Shown: positions 10,013-19,293, counted from the stretch's first letter. The stretch: 64,000 nucleotides of DNA from Minisyncoccota bacterium (GCA_051306005.1 JBPPMJ010000003.1:161764-225763); one strand, 5' to 3'. The notes: a model not told the origin generated them from the sequence alone. Translations and numbers: made by a program.

Positions 10013-11221
10013 ATGAAGTTTCTTTTCAAAGCAAAAGATAATGCGGGAAAAATTCGTGAAGGCACCGTAGAAGCGATTAGTTGGGAAGCAGCTGGACAGA
10101 CGTTGCAAAAAAATTTACTGACCCCCCTGACTATTACCGAACAAAAAGAAACAAATGTTTGGATACGAAGTTTTCAAAAAATATTTGAAGGAGCGAGCCA
10201 GAAAGAGTTAATGATATTTTTCCGTCAGCTTTCAACTTTGGTGGAGGCTCGCGTCCCTATTGTTTCCGCATTACGTACTATTGGAGACCAATCTGAAAAT
10301 CGTTTTTTGCAGATCGTTATCAAAGAAATGAGTGATGACATTGAAGACGGCATGCCTTTTTCCGAGGCATTGGAGAAACAATCGGAAGTTTTTTCCACTC
10401 TGACTATCAATATGATTCGTGCGGGCGAGGTGTCAGGTAATCTCCAGACATCCATTGAATTTGTAACGTTGAGTATTGAGAAAAATTACGCTTTGACTTC
10501 TCGGATCAAAGGAGCGCTGTATTATCCAGCTTTTGTTTTGAGTGTGGCATTTATCGTCGGTTTTGTCGTGGTTACTTTTATTTTGCCTCGCATCACCGTA
10601 TTGATCAAAGATATGCACGTACCTGTACCATGGTACACGGCGATGTTGATTTGGATTGGAGACTTTATGAGTGCTTATTGGTGGGGGGTGGCGGGCGTCA
10701 TTATTGCTGCTGTCAGTGCGAGCGTGTATTACCTTCGAACTGAATCAGGGAAACTTGAATGGGAAATTGTGTTGTTGAAAATCCCAATCGTTGGCAAATT
10801 GATGCGTAATATTTATATCACGCGTTTTGCCGACAATCTTGGGGCGCTTCTTGAGAGCGGGATACCAGTTGTGCATTCCTTGAATATCGTGAGTGATGTC
10901 GTCGGTAATTCTGTTTTTCGAGAAATTATTTTGAAAGCCGCCGGAGAGGTGAAGGCTGGAGGCACTATGAGTGTATCTTTTTTGCGTACTACGGAAATGC
11001 CAGCCATCGTGGCGCAGATGATTCGTATCGGTGAAGAAACAGGCACATTATCCAAAGTCTTGAAAAGTGTTGGGCAATTTTATAATCAGGAAGTGGAGAT
11101 GATGACCAAGAACATGACGAGCTTGATTGAACCAATCTTGATCGTGGCGCTCGGTATTGGTGTGGGAATTTTGGTGGTGGGAGTTTTGATGCCTATTTAC
11201 AATATTGCTGGACAGTTGTAA
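10013..11221 (+). CDS. pilC: type IV pilus platform protein PilC (GspF family)
   Basis: Two GspF repeats, 402 aa, three TM segments, and conserved 'PIVA/PAIVAQMIRIGEETG'-type motifs. Confidence 0.9.
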   Translation: MKFLFKAKDNAGKIREGTVEAISWEAAGQTLQKNLLTPLTITEQKETNVWIRSFQKIFEGASQKELMIFFRQLSTLVEARVPIVSALRTIGDQSENRFLQIVIKEMSDDIEDGMPFSEALEKQSEVFSTLTINMIRAGEVSGNLQTSIEFVTLSIEKNYALTSRIKGALYYPAFVLSVAFIVGFVVVTFILPRITVLIKDMHVPVPWYTAMLIWIGDFMSAYWWGVAGVIIAAVSASVYYLRTESGKLEWEIVLLKIPIVGKLMRNIYITRFADNLGALLESGIPVVHSLNIVSDVVGNSVFREIILKAAGEVKAGGTMSVSFLRTTEMPAIVAQMIRIGEETGTLSKVLKSVGQFYNQEVEMMTKNMTSLIEPILIVALGIGVGILVVGVLMPIYNIAGQL

Positions 11222-11434
11222 AATAAAGGAAGGATTGCAACGAAGAGTTTCGGTTGCATTGAAAATATAAAAAATAAAAAAGAAAGAATATGAAGGAGGT
11301 GAGCGTGTGAAAGAAAAAAAGAGAACCCTAAGCTCATTCAGGTTTGTTGCGGATGAGTTGCTCGTTGCGTTGTGAAATGGAATGCCGTAAAGATAGCAGA
11401 TCATTTATATAATCAATATTTAAAGTTATCAACT

Positions 11435-11794
11435 ATGAAGCAAGTACTCAAGGGATTTACCCTTATTGAACTTTTGATCGTTATCGCGATCATCGGTATT
11501 CTCTCTTCTGTCGTGTTAGTCAGTTTGAGTAGTGCCCGTTCCAAGGCACAGGTGGCATCATTCAAAGCTGAAACAGCGGGTGCAGTTGCTGGTATGTTGC
11601 TCATGTGTGATGCCGGCAACATTACCTTGCCAGCAGACACCAACACGACTAACTGGCCGGCAGCGATTACTCAGTCTTGCGGTATGAGTGGCAGTGGTAC
11701 TTTCAATTTAACGGCTGTGCCGACGAATGCTGGTATTACTTGCAGTGCCAATGTAACGAACACTGGTGTTACGTTCACTGGTGCAGGTTGTTAG
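11435..11794 (+). CDS. major type IV pilin (prepilin with class III signal peptide)
   Basis: Leader MKQVLKG followed by FTLIELLIVIAIIGIL, which is the prepilin cleavage/methylation motif with Glu at +5. The mature part is Ser/Thr/Gly/Ala-rich with four Cys, including a C-terminal pair. Start is placed at the ATG that gives a 7-aa leader rather than the upstream GTG. Confidence 0.85.
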   Translation: MKQVLKGFTLIELLIVIAIIGILSSVVLVSLSSARSKAQVASFKAETAGAVAGMLLMCDAGNITLPADTNTTNWPAAITQSCGMSGSGTFNLTAVPTNAGITCSANVTNTGVTFTGAGC

Positions 11795-11829
11795 CACCTG
11801 ATTTTGTTTTTGGTGCGGACTATATTGGC

Positions 11830-11861
11830 AAAAAATCCCTTTTTGGGATTTTTTGCTTTTT
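11830..11861 (+). terminator. intrinsic terminator after the pilin gene
   Basis: Hairpin AAAAAATCCC-TTTTT-GGGATTTTTT followed by a T-rich tract, 36 nt after the pilin stop codon. Confidence 0.55.
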
Positions 11862-11984
11862 ATGATCAATGACTCTGATGTATTAGGATCAGTGGGGTGT
11901 GATGGAGAGCATTGTTTTCAGCAGTATGTTGATTTGAAACAATGTTGATTTCAAGGTAGACTGGATAAAAGAGTGAGAAACTAG

Positions 11985-13730
11985 TTGAATATGCATAATA
12001 AAAAGAGTGTTTTACCTCATAGACTCGGTAAGTCCATGCATGGTATGCGCAGTATTGTGGTTCTGCATGCTTGGTTGTGGAAGACGGCATCTTGTGTACG
12101 TGACTTTGTAGCGCGACATCTCTGGTGCAGACTTTTGTTGGTGTATCTTTTTTTCGTATTGATGTTTTCTTTTTATTTTTTTATTCCAAAATTTACTTCT
12201 CTTGATGATCAGTTTTTCAATATTCGTTTGGCACAACAGGTATCACAACGGGGGATAACGGCACTGTCTGCATTTGATGATCTCGCCTTTTCTGATACTG
12301 GCGCCTTTTTTTACAGCGTTTTGTTTTATTATCTGCTTATTCCTTTTACGTGGTTTCATCCATTAGAGCTTGGTATCAAGGTATTCGCTGTCATGGGTTT
12401 TTCTTTTACCATATCCACGCTCTATCTCTTTTTATCAAAAAATGGTTTTCGCTTGGCTTTTCTCTGGTTATTAACATTACTGAGTCTCAGTTTTTCAGTC
12501 GGCGATTATCACCATTTTCTTATGGCCCGTGCTTTTATCCTGGCACCAGGCGTGTTGGTGTTACTTCTTTTCTCTTTATCACGTCGTCGGTTCTTTTGGG
12601 TTGGTCTTTTATCATTTCTGTATTTTTTTCTCCATACGGCAACGGCTTTTTTACCGCTTATTTTGAGTATTGTGTATTCTGCTTTGAGCGCTCGTCATGA
12701 TACACGTTCGGCTCGTAAAATCATGATGGCGAGTATTCTTGGATTGGGAAGCGCTGGCATTTTTGGATTTATCTTTTTGCCGGGATTTTTGCCTATGCTA
12801 GTCAATCTTTTTACGACACTTTTCGGCCTTATCATATCTTTTCAGTCAGGGCTAGATGTAGTAAAAATTGATGAAGGAATGGAAACATATCCCACTACGC
12901 TTTTTGATATTTTTTTGGCGAGACCATTTTTTACCAGTATGACCGTTATTTTTCTGACAGTTGAGTGTGCTCGATTGGTGCGCGCGCTGAAACGCACTAT
13001 CGATTTTGAGGATACGCTGAAATTGACGTTATTCACCATGACCGCCTTGCTTCTTTTAGCTTCCTTTTTTACCAAGCGCGCCGTTGATTTTTTTCTGATA
13101 TTCGGGCTTTTGTTTATCGCCTTTTCTCTCAAAGAAGTTTTTACGGTATACACGTTGAGAGACGCAAAAATGTATCTCTCTGGTCTTATCATAGCTCTGG
13201 TGGTTGCACTAAGCGCGCAGATATTGTTTTTGGCGGATACCATCGCTTCTGCTTCTCCTTATGCTGAGATACAGGGTGCTACCCGATGGATTCGTGATAA
13301 TACGAAAGAAAATAGTATTGTGTTTAATCCGACCATCAATTTCTTTCCAACATTTTATTTTTATAACGCGGGATATAATCGCGTGATTATCGGATTAGAA
13401 CCAAGAAATATGTATAAAGCAGATGCGCGTAAGTACTGGCTGTGGTATAATCTGTCAAATTATGGCATCGTGTGCGCAGAACAGGTGTGCGGTAAGCAAC
13501 GGGCCTTACAAGATGCGATGCTTAAAGACCATTTTGCTGACTGGTATCAGGAAACAGGCGATGGGGTAGCTGACATCATTATTCATGAGTTTGGCACGGA
13601 TATCATAATAACAAGCACCGCCTTCCCCGCTTTTACTGAGCTTTTGAAAAACAATCATCGGTTTGAAAAGGTCTATGAAACTCCAGTGACCAGCAGATAT
13701 AGTGTTTATCGAATCATGGAAACAAAGTGA
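11985..13730 (+). CDS. polytopic membrane protein with GT-C glycosyltransferase-like architecture (about 11 TM segments plus a C-terminal soluble domain)
   Basis: Many hydrophobic helices across the first ~430 aa. Acidic 'LDDQFF' sits in the first extracytoplasmic loop. The C-terminal ~150-aa soluble domain contains 'YWLWYNLSNYG'. The gene lies immediately downstream of the pilin gene on the same strand. The function is inferred. Confidence 0.6.
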   Translation: MNMHNKKSVLPHRLGKSMHGMRSIVVLHAWLWKTASCVRDFVARHLWCRLLLVYLFFVLMFSFYFFIPKFTSLDDQFFNIRLAQQVSQRGITALSAFDDLAFSDTGAFFYSVLFYYLLIPFTWFHPLELGIKVFAVMGFSFTISTLYLFLSKNGFRLAFLWLLTLLSLSFSVGDYHHFLMARAFILAPGVLVLLLFSLSRRRFFWVGLLSFLYFFLHTATAFLPLILSIVYSALSARHDTRSARKIMMASILGLGSAGIFGFIFLPGFLPMLVNLFTTLFGLIISFQSGLDVVKIDEGMETYPTTLFDIFLARPFFTSMTVIFLTVECARLVRALKRTIDFEDTLKLTLFTMTALLLLASFFTKRAVDFFLIFGLLFIAFSLKEVFTVYTLRDAKMYLSGLIIALVVALSAQILFLADTIASASPYAEIQGATRWIRDNTKENSIVFNPTINFFPTFYFYNAGYNRVIIGLEPRNMYKADARKYWLWYNLSNYGIVCAEQVCGKQRALQDAMLKDHFADWYQETGDGVADIIIHEFGTDIIITSTAFPAFTELLKNNHRFEKVYETPVTSRYSVYRIMETK

Positions 13731-13757
13731 TGTCTCTGTGAGGATTACTTGATAATT

Positions 13758-14135
13758 TCATATCTTGGTCACAAAGAATATCCCAATAAAAATCAGTAAA
13801 GATCCGAAAAGTTGTGTACTGCTTAATTGTTCTTTGAAGAAATAATGATTGGCAATAACGACCAAGATGATGGCGCTAGAATTGATAAATGTCGTGATGG
13901 TAGTGGAGCTGGAAGCAAGCTCTGGGATTTTGTAAAGAGCATTGTTGGTCATGATAAAAAGAAGTCTTGATCCAAAAGCGAGAATGGCGCCGAGGATGAA
14001 ACGCCAATCAAAAATAATGTGTATAAGACGATAAAAACTGATGTCACCGGCAACGAAATCCCGATGACCGAGCAGTAAAATTGACGTGGTTGTGGTGAGG
14101 GAAAAAAGTATGGCCCAGAATATGACAATATGCAT
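13758..14135 (-). CDS. small 4-TM membrane protein (EamA/GtrA/ArnE-like), candidate lipid-linked sugar flippase
   Basis: 125 aa with four predicted TM helices. It is the last gene of the glycosyltransferase operon. Confidence 0.55.
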   Translation of the reverse strand: MHIVIFWAILFSLTTTTSILLLGHRDFVAGDISFYRLIHIIFDWRFILGAILAFGSRLLFIMTNNALYKIPELASSSTTITTFINSSAIILVVIANHYFFKEQLSSTQLFGSLLIFIGIFFVTKI

Positions 14136-14143
14136 AAGAGTAT

Positions 14144-15187
14144 TTAAAGAAATTTTTTGATGCAGGTATAATAGAATGTAAAGAAGCGGTTGGCGTATTT
14201 TAGGATGGGAGAACGTACTTCTGCGAAATCAATGGTTGGACTGAGAAATAAGAATAGTTCTTTGTCAGAAAGAATACGGCTTTTTTGTATACCCTTTCTT
14301 TGTTTGAGCAAACGAGGTAATGCTAGTATGTAGTCCATATCCGCCTTAAGTTTTTTGAAGAAATAGCCTTTGGATATCGCCTCACACAAGACACCGCACT
14401 CCATAATCAGAAAAGCGGGAAGAACAAGGCATTGAAGTCTGAATGAATAAAATTTCGTGAGAAAAAAAAGGCGATTGCGTTCCAAAAGATAAAATTTGGC
14501 GTTGTGCAATGATTTTTTTTGAAAATCATATTTGTGCCAAACTTTGGATTTTGCTGATACGATAATTTTGTATCCGAGCATTCGTGCGTGCCATCCGATA
14601 TCTTGATCTTCAAGGTAGGCAAAATACGTAGTATCAAGCCTGATGACATCGGGATAATATTCTCTCTTGATAAAGAGACTTGACCCACTCGCGTAGGTTA
14701 TTTCAACGTCTTCCGTAAACACATCTTTTTCCTGATAATGTCCGCAATAGCCAAAACCGAGAAAATGGATCTGATTGCCAAAAGAATTAATATAATTTGT
14801 TGGTCCATCGCTCCAGAGCAAGACTTTGGATTGAGCGAGCGCAATATCAGGAGAAGCATAAGCGGAACGGACAAGTTCCGTGAGCCAGTCTGGATCTGTT
14901 ACGGTATCCGGATTCAAGAGTACTACCGCCTCAAAATCTTGGGAAAAAGCGTTGTTGATGGCAATATCGTATGCGCCAGCATAGCCGAGATTTTCTGGAT
15001 TCCGTATGACTTCTATGGTCGGATAATTTTTTTGAATAAAATCAGCGGAGGTGTCTGTAGAAGCGTTATCAATGTAGGTTACTGTATAGTGAGGGTATGT
15101 CTGGAGACATACCGTATTGAGAGTATCACGCAATGTATCCTTGTGGTTGTAGCCCAATATGAGTACGGCAATACGTGGTTGATTCAT
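14144..15187 (-). CDS. family 2 glycosyltransferase (GT-A fold)
   Basis: N-terminal 'RIAVLILGYNHKDTL...DNASTD' and an ED(Q)D motif 'YLEDQDIGWHARM'. Confidence 0.8.
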   Translation of the reverse strand: MNQPRIAVLILGYNHKDTLRDTLNTVCLQTYPHYTVTYIDNASTDTSADFIQKNYPTIEVIRNPENLGYAGAYDIAINNAFSQDFEAVVLLNPDTVTDPDWLTELVRSAYASPDIALAQSKVLLWSDGPTNYINSFGNQIHFLGFGYCGHYQEKDVFTEDVEITYASGSSLFIKREYYPDVIRLDTTYFAYLEDQDIGWHARMLGYKIIVSAKSKVWHKYDFQKKSLHNAKFYLLERNRLFFLTKFYSFRLQCLVLPAFLIMECGVLCEAISKGYFFKKLKADMDYILALPRLLKQRKGIQKSRILSDKELFLFLSPTIDFAEVRSPILKYANRFFTFYYTCIKKFL

Positions 15188-15891
15188 AGTTTGGTTCCAA
15201 TAAACAATAGATCGGGTTTGAGTATTTTTGTCAGAATATGGTTCATTGGATAATAATTAAACATACTGCTACTTTTTTCTATCAGTATTGTTTGAAAGTA
15301 TGGTTGCATCATACTGGTGAATTGACGCAACGTCCATTCGTGGACATGTGTTTTGTCATAGAAGTATCTGTGTAGTATAAAATCAAGATTCGCTGTGGTG
15401 AGAGCAATGCGCCCACCTTTTTTGAGTAGACGTATACATTCATTGAGAAACTTTTGTTCATCACGCAGATGCTCAATGAGATTGATGGAAATCAAAATGT
15501 CAAATGATGCATCTTTGAAAGGGAGTGGTGTATTGAGATCATGTGCATGAAACGTACTTTCTGGATATTTCTGCTGTGCTGAAACGACCGACAAATCCAA
15601 TCCGATGACATTTTTTGTGTTATTACTCAATGCATACGTATAATCACCGACACCGCAACCAAGATCAAGTATCGCATCGTCCGCTTGAGGAGCGATGATA
15701 CGCATAATCTTTTTCATTTGCGGGTCAGTCAATGGATTGCGTCTATAAGGTTTGGCATAGAGCCTTTTGTGGTAAGTGTCGTAACTGGGTTGTGTGAATG
15801 GTTCGACATAGGAACAGGAAAGACACAAAGAATGATCTCGGCGTTCTGGGTTGATAAAGAAATATGGTTGATGACAGAGAGGGCAGAGCAT
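15184..15891 (-). CDS. class I SAM-dependent methyltransferase with N-terminal Cys4 zinc ribbon
   Basis: CPLCH...CLSC ribbon. Motif I 'ILDLGCGVGDYT' and motif II 'DILISINLIEHL'. Confidence 0.8.
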   Translation of the reverse strand: MLCPLCHQPYFFINPERRDHSLCLSCSYVEPFTQPSYDTYHKRLYAKPYRRNPLTDPQMKKIMRIIAPQADDAILDLGCGVGDYTYALSNNTKNVIGLDLSVVSAQQKYPESTFHAHDLNTPLPFKDASFDILISINLIEHLRDEQKFLNECIRLLKKGGRIALTTANLDFILHRYFYDKTHVHEWTLRQFTSMMQPYFQTILIEKSSSMFNYYPMNHILTKILKPDLLFIGTKL

Positions 15892-15894
15892 AGG

Positions 15895-16233
15895 TCATTT
15901 TTTTTTGATTTTTGTTAATGCCTCTTTGCGGATTATTTCAGAAATATCGTGTTCAAGTCGCTCAAGGATGCTTAAAAATTTGAAAAGAATGATAAATGTA
16001 ATCACGAAACCAATAAAAATCAGAGTATTGAGGTTTTCCCCGAGACCGAGGGCAAGAGATATTTCCCGAGCTGTTCCGGGGAAAACCGCAAAGAAAGCAA
16101 CGAATCCCCAGATAATGAGTGTCATGCAAAATTTGAAGAAAGTCTGACCTCTTTCTCGTTGGATAAATTTTAGGATGCCGTTGCCGAGAAAGATCAGGGC
16201 GATGCAAATAAGAATGAGTTGAGAGAAAGTCAT
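15895..16233 (-). CDS. small membrane protein (DUF2304/GacJ-like partner of polyprenyl-phosphate GT2 enzymes)
   Basis: 112 aa, three TM helices and a charged C-terminal tail. It sits directly downstream of the DPM1-like GT2. The family assignment is from memory of the architecture and is not a search result. Confidence 0.5.
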   Translation of the reverse strand: MTFSQLILICIALIFLGNGILKFIQRERGQTFFKFCMTLIIWGFVAFFAVFPGTAREISLALGLGENLNTLIFIGFVITFIILFKFLSILERLEHDISEIIRKEALTKIKKK

Positions 16234-16242
16234 AGTGAAGCG

Positions 16243-16905
16243 TTAACTTGAGAGTATCATTTTTATCAGTGTTTTGAAGCCGTTCCAGGAATTCATTTTT
16301 TGTTTTTTCCCCAATGAATAGGCCGTGTAGCGTACTTGGATAGGGACTTCCGCGAATGTGAGTTTGTGATAGCGTATCTCTCGAATAATTTCACTGTCAT
16401 ATTCGTAGCGATCTGTTTTTGTATCAATCATGCGGAGTGCTTTGGTCGAATAGGCACGGAAGCCTGACTGGCTATCGGTTACCCAAAGACCATAGAGCAT
16501 CCAGACAAAAATGTTACCGATATGATTATGGAGTATTTTATATCGAGGCATACCGTATGTATTTTTGAGACGGCTTCCCAAAACAACGTCATAGCCAGTG
16601 TGAATGAGTGTCAGCATGGCTGAAATATCGCTTGGGTCGTGTTGTCCATCACCATCCAACGTAATAACAGTACTAGCACCTAATTTCTTGGCAGCTTCGA
16701 TGCCAGTCTTGACTGCGGCACCTTTTCCTCGGTTGATAAGATGTTTCAACACAACAACACCGGAAATTTGTTTGGCGATTTCTTCCGTATCATCAGTGCT
16801 CCCGTCATCGACTACGATAATATTTTGATAACCAAACAAACGTATTTCATCAATCACCGTGCGGATAACGCGACCCTCATTGTAGGCGGGAATAATAATC
16901 CACAT
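16243..16905 (-). CDS. GT2 polyprenyl-phosphate sugar synthase (DPM1/GtrB/ArnC/GacI-like)
   Basis: 'IIIPAYNEGRVI...IIVVDDGSTDDT...LDGDGQHDP' is the characteristic dolichyl/undecaprenyl-phosphate glycosyltransferase signature. 220 aa. Confidence 0.85.
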   Translation of the reverse strand: MWIIIPAYNEGRVIRTVIDEIRLFGYQNIIVVDDGSTDDTEEIAKQISGVVVLKHLINRGKGAAVKTGIEAAKKLGASTVITLDGDGQHDPSDISAMLTLIHTGYDVVLGSRLKNTYGMPRYKILHNHIGNIFVWMLYGLWVTDSQSGFRAYSTKALRMIDTKTDRYEYDSEIIREIRYHKLTFAEVPIQVRYTAYSLGKKQKMNSWNGFKTLIKMILSS

Positions 16906-17157
16906 AAATAAGTTTTGTATTCAAGATGTTCATCAATACCCGTGTGATACGTTACCCAGGATATATTTTCTCGTTGCAAAAGTATTGATGAATGACGCAT
17001 CCTTACTCCTTTTAATATACTAGAAAAGGGGAAAAAGGTAAATTGATATGAGGTAAGGATTTATTGCTAAGAAAGTCAAACACACTTTTTCAGCCTTGAC
17101 GCATGTGTTGTCACCGTGTGTCTTGATACGTAAACGTCTTTACTCTGCTTGCCATTA

Positions 17158-17166
17158 TGTTACAAT
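17158..17166 (+). promoter_or_regulatory. extended -10 element TGtTACAAT in the divergent intergenic region upstream of pilD
   Basis: Read from the sequence. It lies in the 378-bp divergent region between the glycosyltransferase operon (minus strand) and the pilD operon (plus strand). Confidence 0.35.
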
Positions 17167-17283
17167 GTTTATGCGTAGTCATGGATACAAAAAACTGGTT
17201 AGTAAAGGTCTCTGGATATATTTTTTGTATAAACCTGTTTGATATTAATCACATGACGTTGTTTTAGAATTTAAAAAAAATAT

Positions 17284-18090
17284 ATGCCGTTTACACTTCT
17301 GTTGGCTTTTTTGGTGTTTGGTCTTATTATTGGAAGTTTTTTGAATGTCGTAGTGTGCCGTTTACACGATGCGGAGACACTCTTGGGGCGTTCATTGTGT
17401 AGGCACTGTCAGCATCAGATTCGTTGGTATGACAATATTCCGCTTATCAGTTTCATCTTATTGTGTGGAAAGTGTCGAGATTGTGCGAAACGGATTTCTT
17501 GGCAATATCCCGTCTTGGAATTATTAACTGGCATTTTGTTTGTTTTTTTTGGTTGGACATTTCTAGATAATGGTACTTTGATGGACTGGATACGGATAGG
17601 ATGGTTGTTTGCTCTTATCAGTTGCTTTATAGTGATCGCCACGTATGATTTTCAATATATGGAAGTACCTATTAATGGTATCTTTTTGAGCGCTTTGTTG
17701 ATTTATGGGTTTCTGGCATTTTCATTTTTGGTATATCAGCCTCTTTTTATTGCTTCTGACCTTTGGCTGGGTATTTTGGGAGGTATTGTTATAGGAAGTT
17801 TCTTTTTTCTTTTGGTATGGATGTCTCGTGAAACTTGGATGGGATGGGGAGATGTGTGGCTTGGTATAGTGGTTGGCTCTTTGGTCGGTTTACCTCTTAT
17901 TCTGCCAATGCTGACCATAGCCTGTGGATTGGGTGCGATGACTGGCATATTCTCTGTTTTCTTTTATTCCAAAAGTCTCAAAAGTCAAATCCCCTTTGCC
18001 CCTTTTTTAATCATTGGAGCATTGGTAGTGTTATTGTTGGCTGAATTATTTCCGGATTTTTTTACATTGTACAATGGAGGGTTTTTTTGA
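17284..18090 (+). CDS. pilD: prepilin peptidase PilD (A24 aspartic peptidase / N-methyltransferase)
   Basis: N-terminal 'GLIIGSFLNVVVCRL', the tetracysteine CRHC...CGKCRDC motif and a polytopic membrane C-terminus. 268 aa. Confidence 0.9.
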   Translation: MPFTLLLAFLVFGLIIGSFLNVVVCRLHDAETLLGRSLCRHCQHQIRWYDNIPLISFILLCGKCRDCAKRISWQYPVLELLTGILFVFFGWTFLDNGTLMDWIRIGWLFALISCFIVIATYDFQYMEVPINGIFLSALLIYGFLAFSFLVYQPLFIASDLWLGILGGIVIGSFFFLLVWMSRETWMGWGDVWLGIVVGSLVGLPLILPMLTIACGLGAMTGIFSVFFYSKSLKSQIPFAPFLIIGALVVLLLAELFPDFFTLYNGGFF

Positions 18091-18131
18091 TAGAATAGAA
18101 GTAAATAAAAAAGACACATTATATTTATCGT

Positions 18132-18677
18132 ATGTTCATGCTGACTCGATTTTTTATTTTTTTTAATAAACGAAAACAGCATTCTGGTTTTACATTGATA
18201 GAGCTTCTGATAGTGTTGGCTATCGTAAGTATTATGAGTGGAATTACTCTTGTGTTTTTGGGCAGTGGAAGACCAGAAAGAGCGGTGGAAACGAATGCTC
18301 AAGAAATAACGGCCGTCATCCATGAAGCACAAAACGCAGCACTGACTGGAAAAAAAATGACTGGTAACGGTATCCCACTTGATAATACCCCATGTTCTTT
18401 CGGAGTGGATTGGAACACCCCAAATACGTATCGGTTGCTCTATGCCTATAAGACGGGAGGAGGATCATGTGTCACCCCAATTGCTATCACTTCTTATGTG
18501 ATTAAAAACGGAGTGACATTGAGTGGTAATAATGTTGTCATATTTGCTCTGCCTCATGCCACGTCTTCATTGTCTGCACCGACAACCATAAAATTGACAA
18601 AAGACTCTGTTTCAGCGGTTGTTTGTTTGTATCCTGATGGGCGTATCATGCAACAAGCTGGTTCGACATGCCCATAA
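18132..18677 (+). CDS. minor pilin / pseudopilin with prepilin-type N-terminus
   Basis: '...KQHSG|FTLIELLIVLAIVSIM' class III signal motif. Confidence 0.8.
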   Translation: MFMLTRFFIFFNKRKQHSGFTLIELLIVLAIVSIMSGITLVFLGSGRPERAVETNAQEITAVIHEAQNAALTGKKMTGNGIPLDNTPCSFGVDWNTPNTYRLLYAYKTGGGSCVTPIAITSYVIKNGVTLSGNNVVIFALPHATSSLSAPTTIKLTKDSVSAVVCLYPDGRIMQQAGSTCP

Positions 18678-19282
18678 TTTTTAGCACAGATGAGTCTGAT
18701 ATGCTGTTTCAACAAGCGCGATATTTGAAAACAAGGGGATTACCTGGTTTTTCTATTGGTGAAGTTGTTTTATCGATGTTTATCCTGACAGCCGGATTAC
18801 TTTCCATTTCCGCTTTGATGGCGAGTAGCATTCGAAACACCTTTGATATCAATGATACGGTGATTGCAACTGGATTGGCACAGGAAGGAATTGAGCTCGT
18901 AAAAAATAATCGGGATAATGATTTCATCATGGGAAGCAATGGATTCGCACACTTCAGTGCTGGAAAAAAACACTGCCGTATTGATATTGACAATGTTGTG
19001 ACGGACGACCTTGATTGTACGGGAAACATATCTTCAGCTTCAAGCTATACTCTGACATACCAGAATGGTTTTTATAGGCATAATAATAGTGCATCCGAAC
19101 GTTTTTCCCGCTATGTATATATCGATTATGATGCCAGTTCTCAGGACACCATTGTTCGCAGTTTTGTTTACTGGGGTGGTGGTACGAATGATACTTTTAC
19201 GCCGTCGTCACCGATTGCGGATTGTGATGTTGTCAAAAAATGTGTCATGACAGAAACAACATTGACTGATTGGAAACAATAG
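18668..19282 (+). CDS. minor pilin / pseudopilin with prepilin-type N-terminus
   Basis: '...RGLPG|FSIGEVVLSMFILTAGLL' class III signal motif with Glu at +5. Confidence 0.75.
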   Translation: MPIIFSTDESDMLFQQARYLKTRGLPGFSIGEVVLSMFILTAGLLSISALMASSIRNTFDINDTVIATGLAQEGIELVKNNRDNDFIMGSNGFAHFSAGKKHCRIDIDNVVTDDLDCTGNISSASSYTLTYQNGFYRHNNSASERFSRYVYIDYDASSQDTIVRSFVYWGGGTNDTFTPSSPIADCDVVKKCVMTETTLTDWKQ

Positions 19283-19293
19283 AAAGTATTTTT

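Noticed and set aside
11236-11258. Hairpin TGCAAC-N11-GTTGCA after pilC
   Set aside because: It is followed by an A-rich rather than T-rich tract. It is a weak intrinsic terminator at best and was not listed as a feature.
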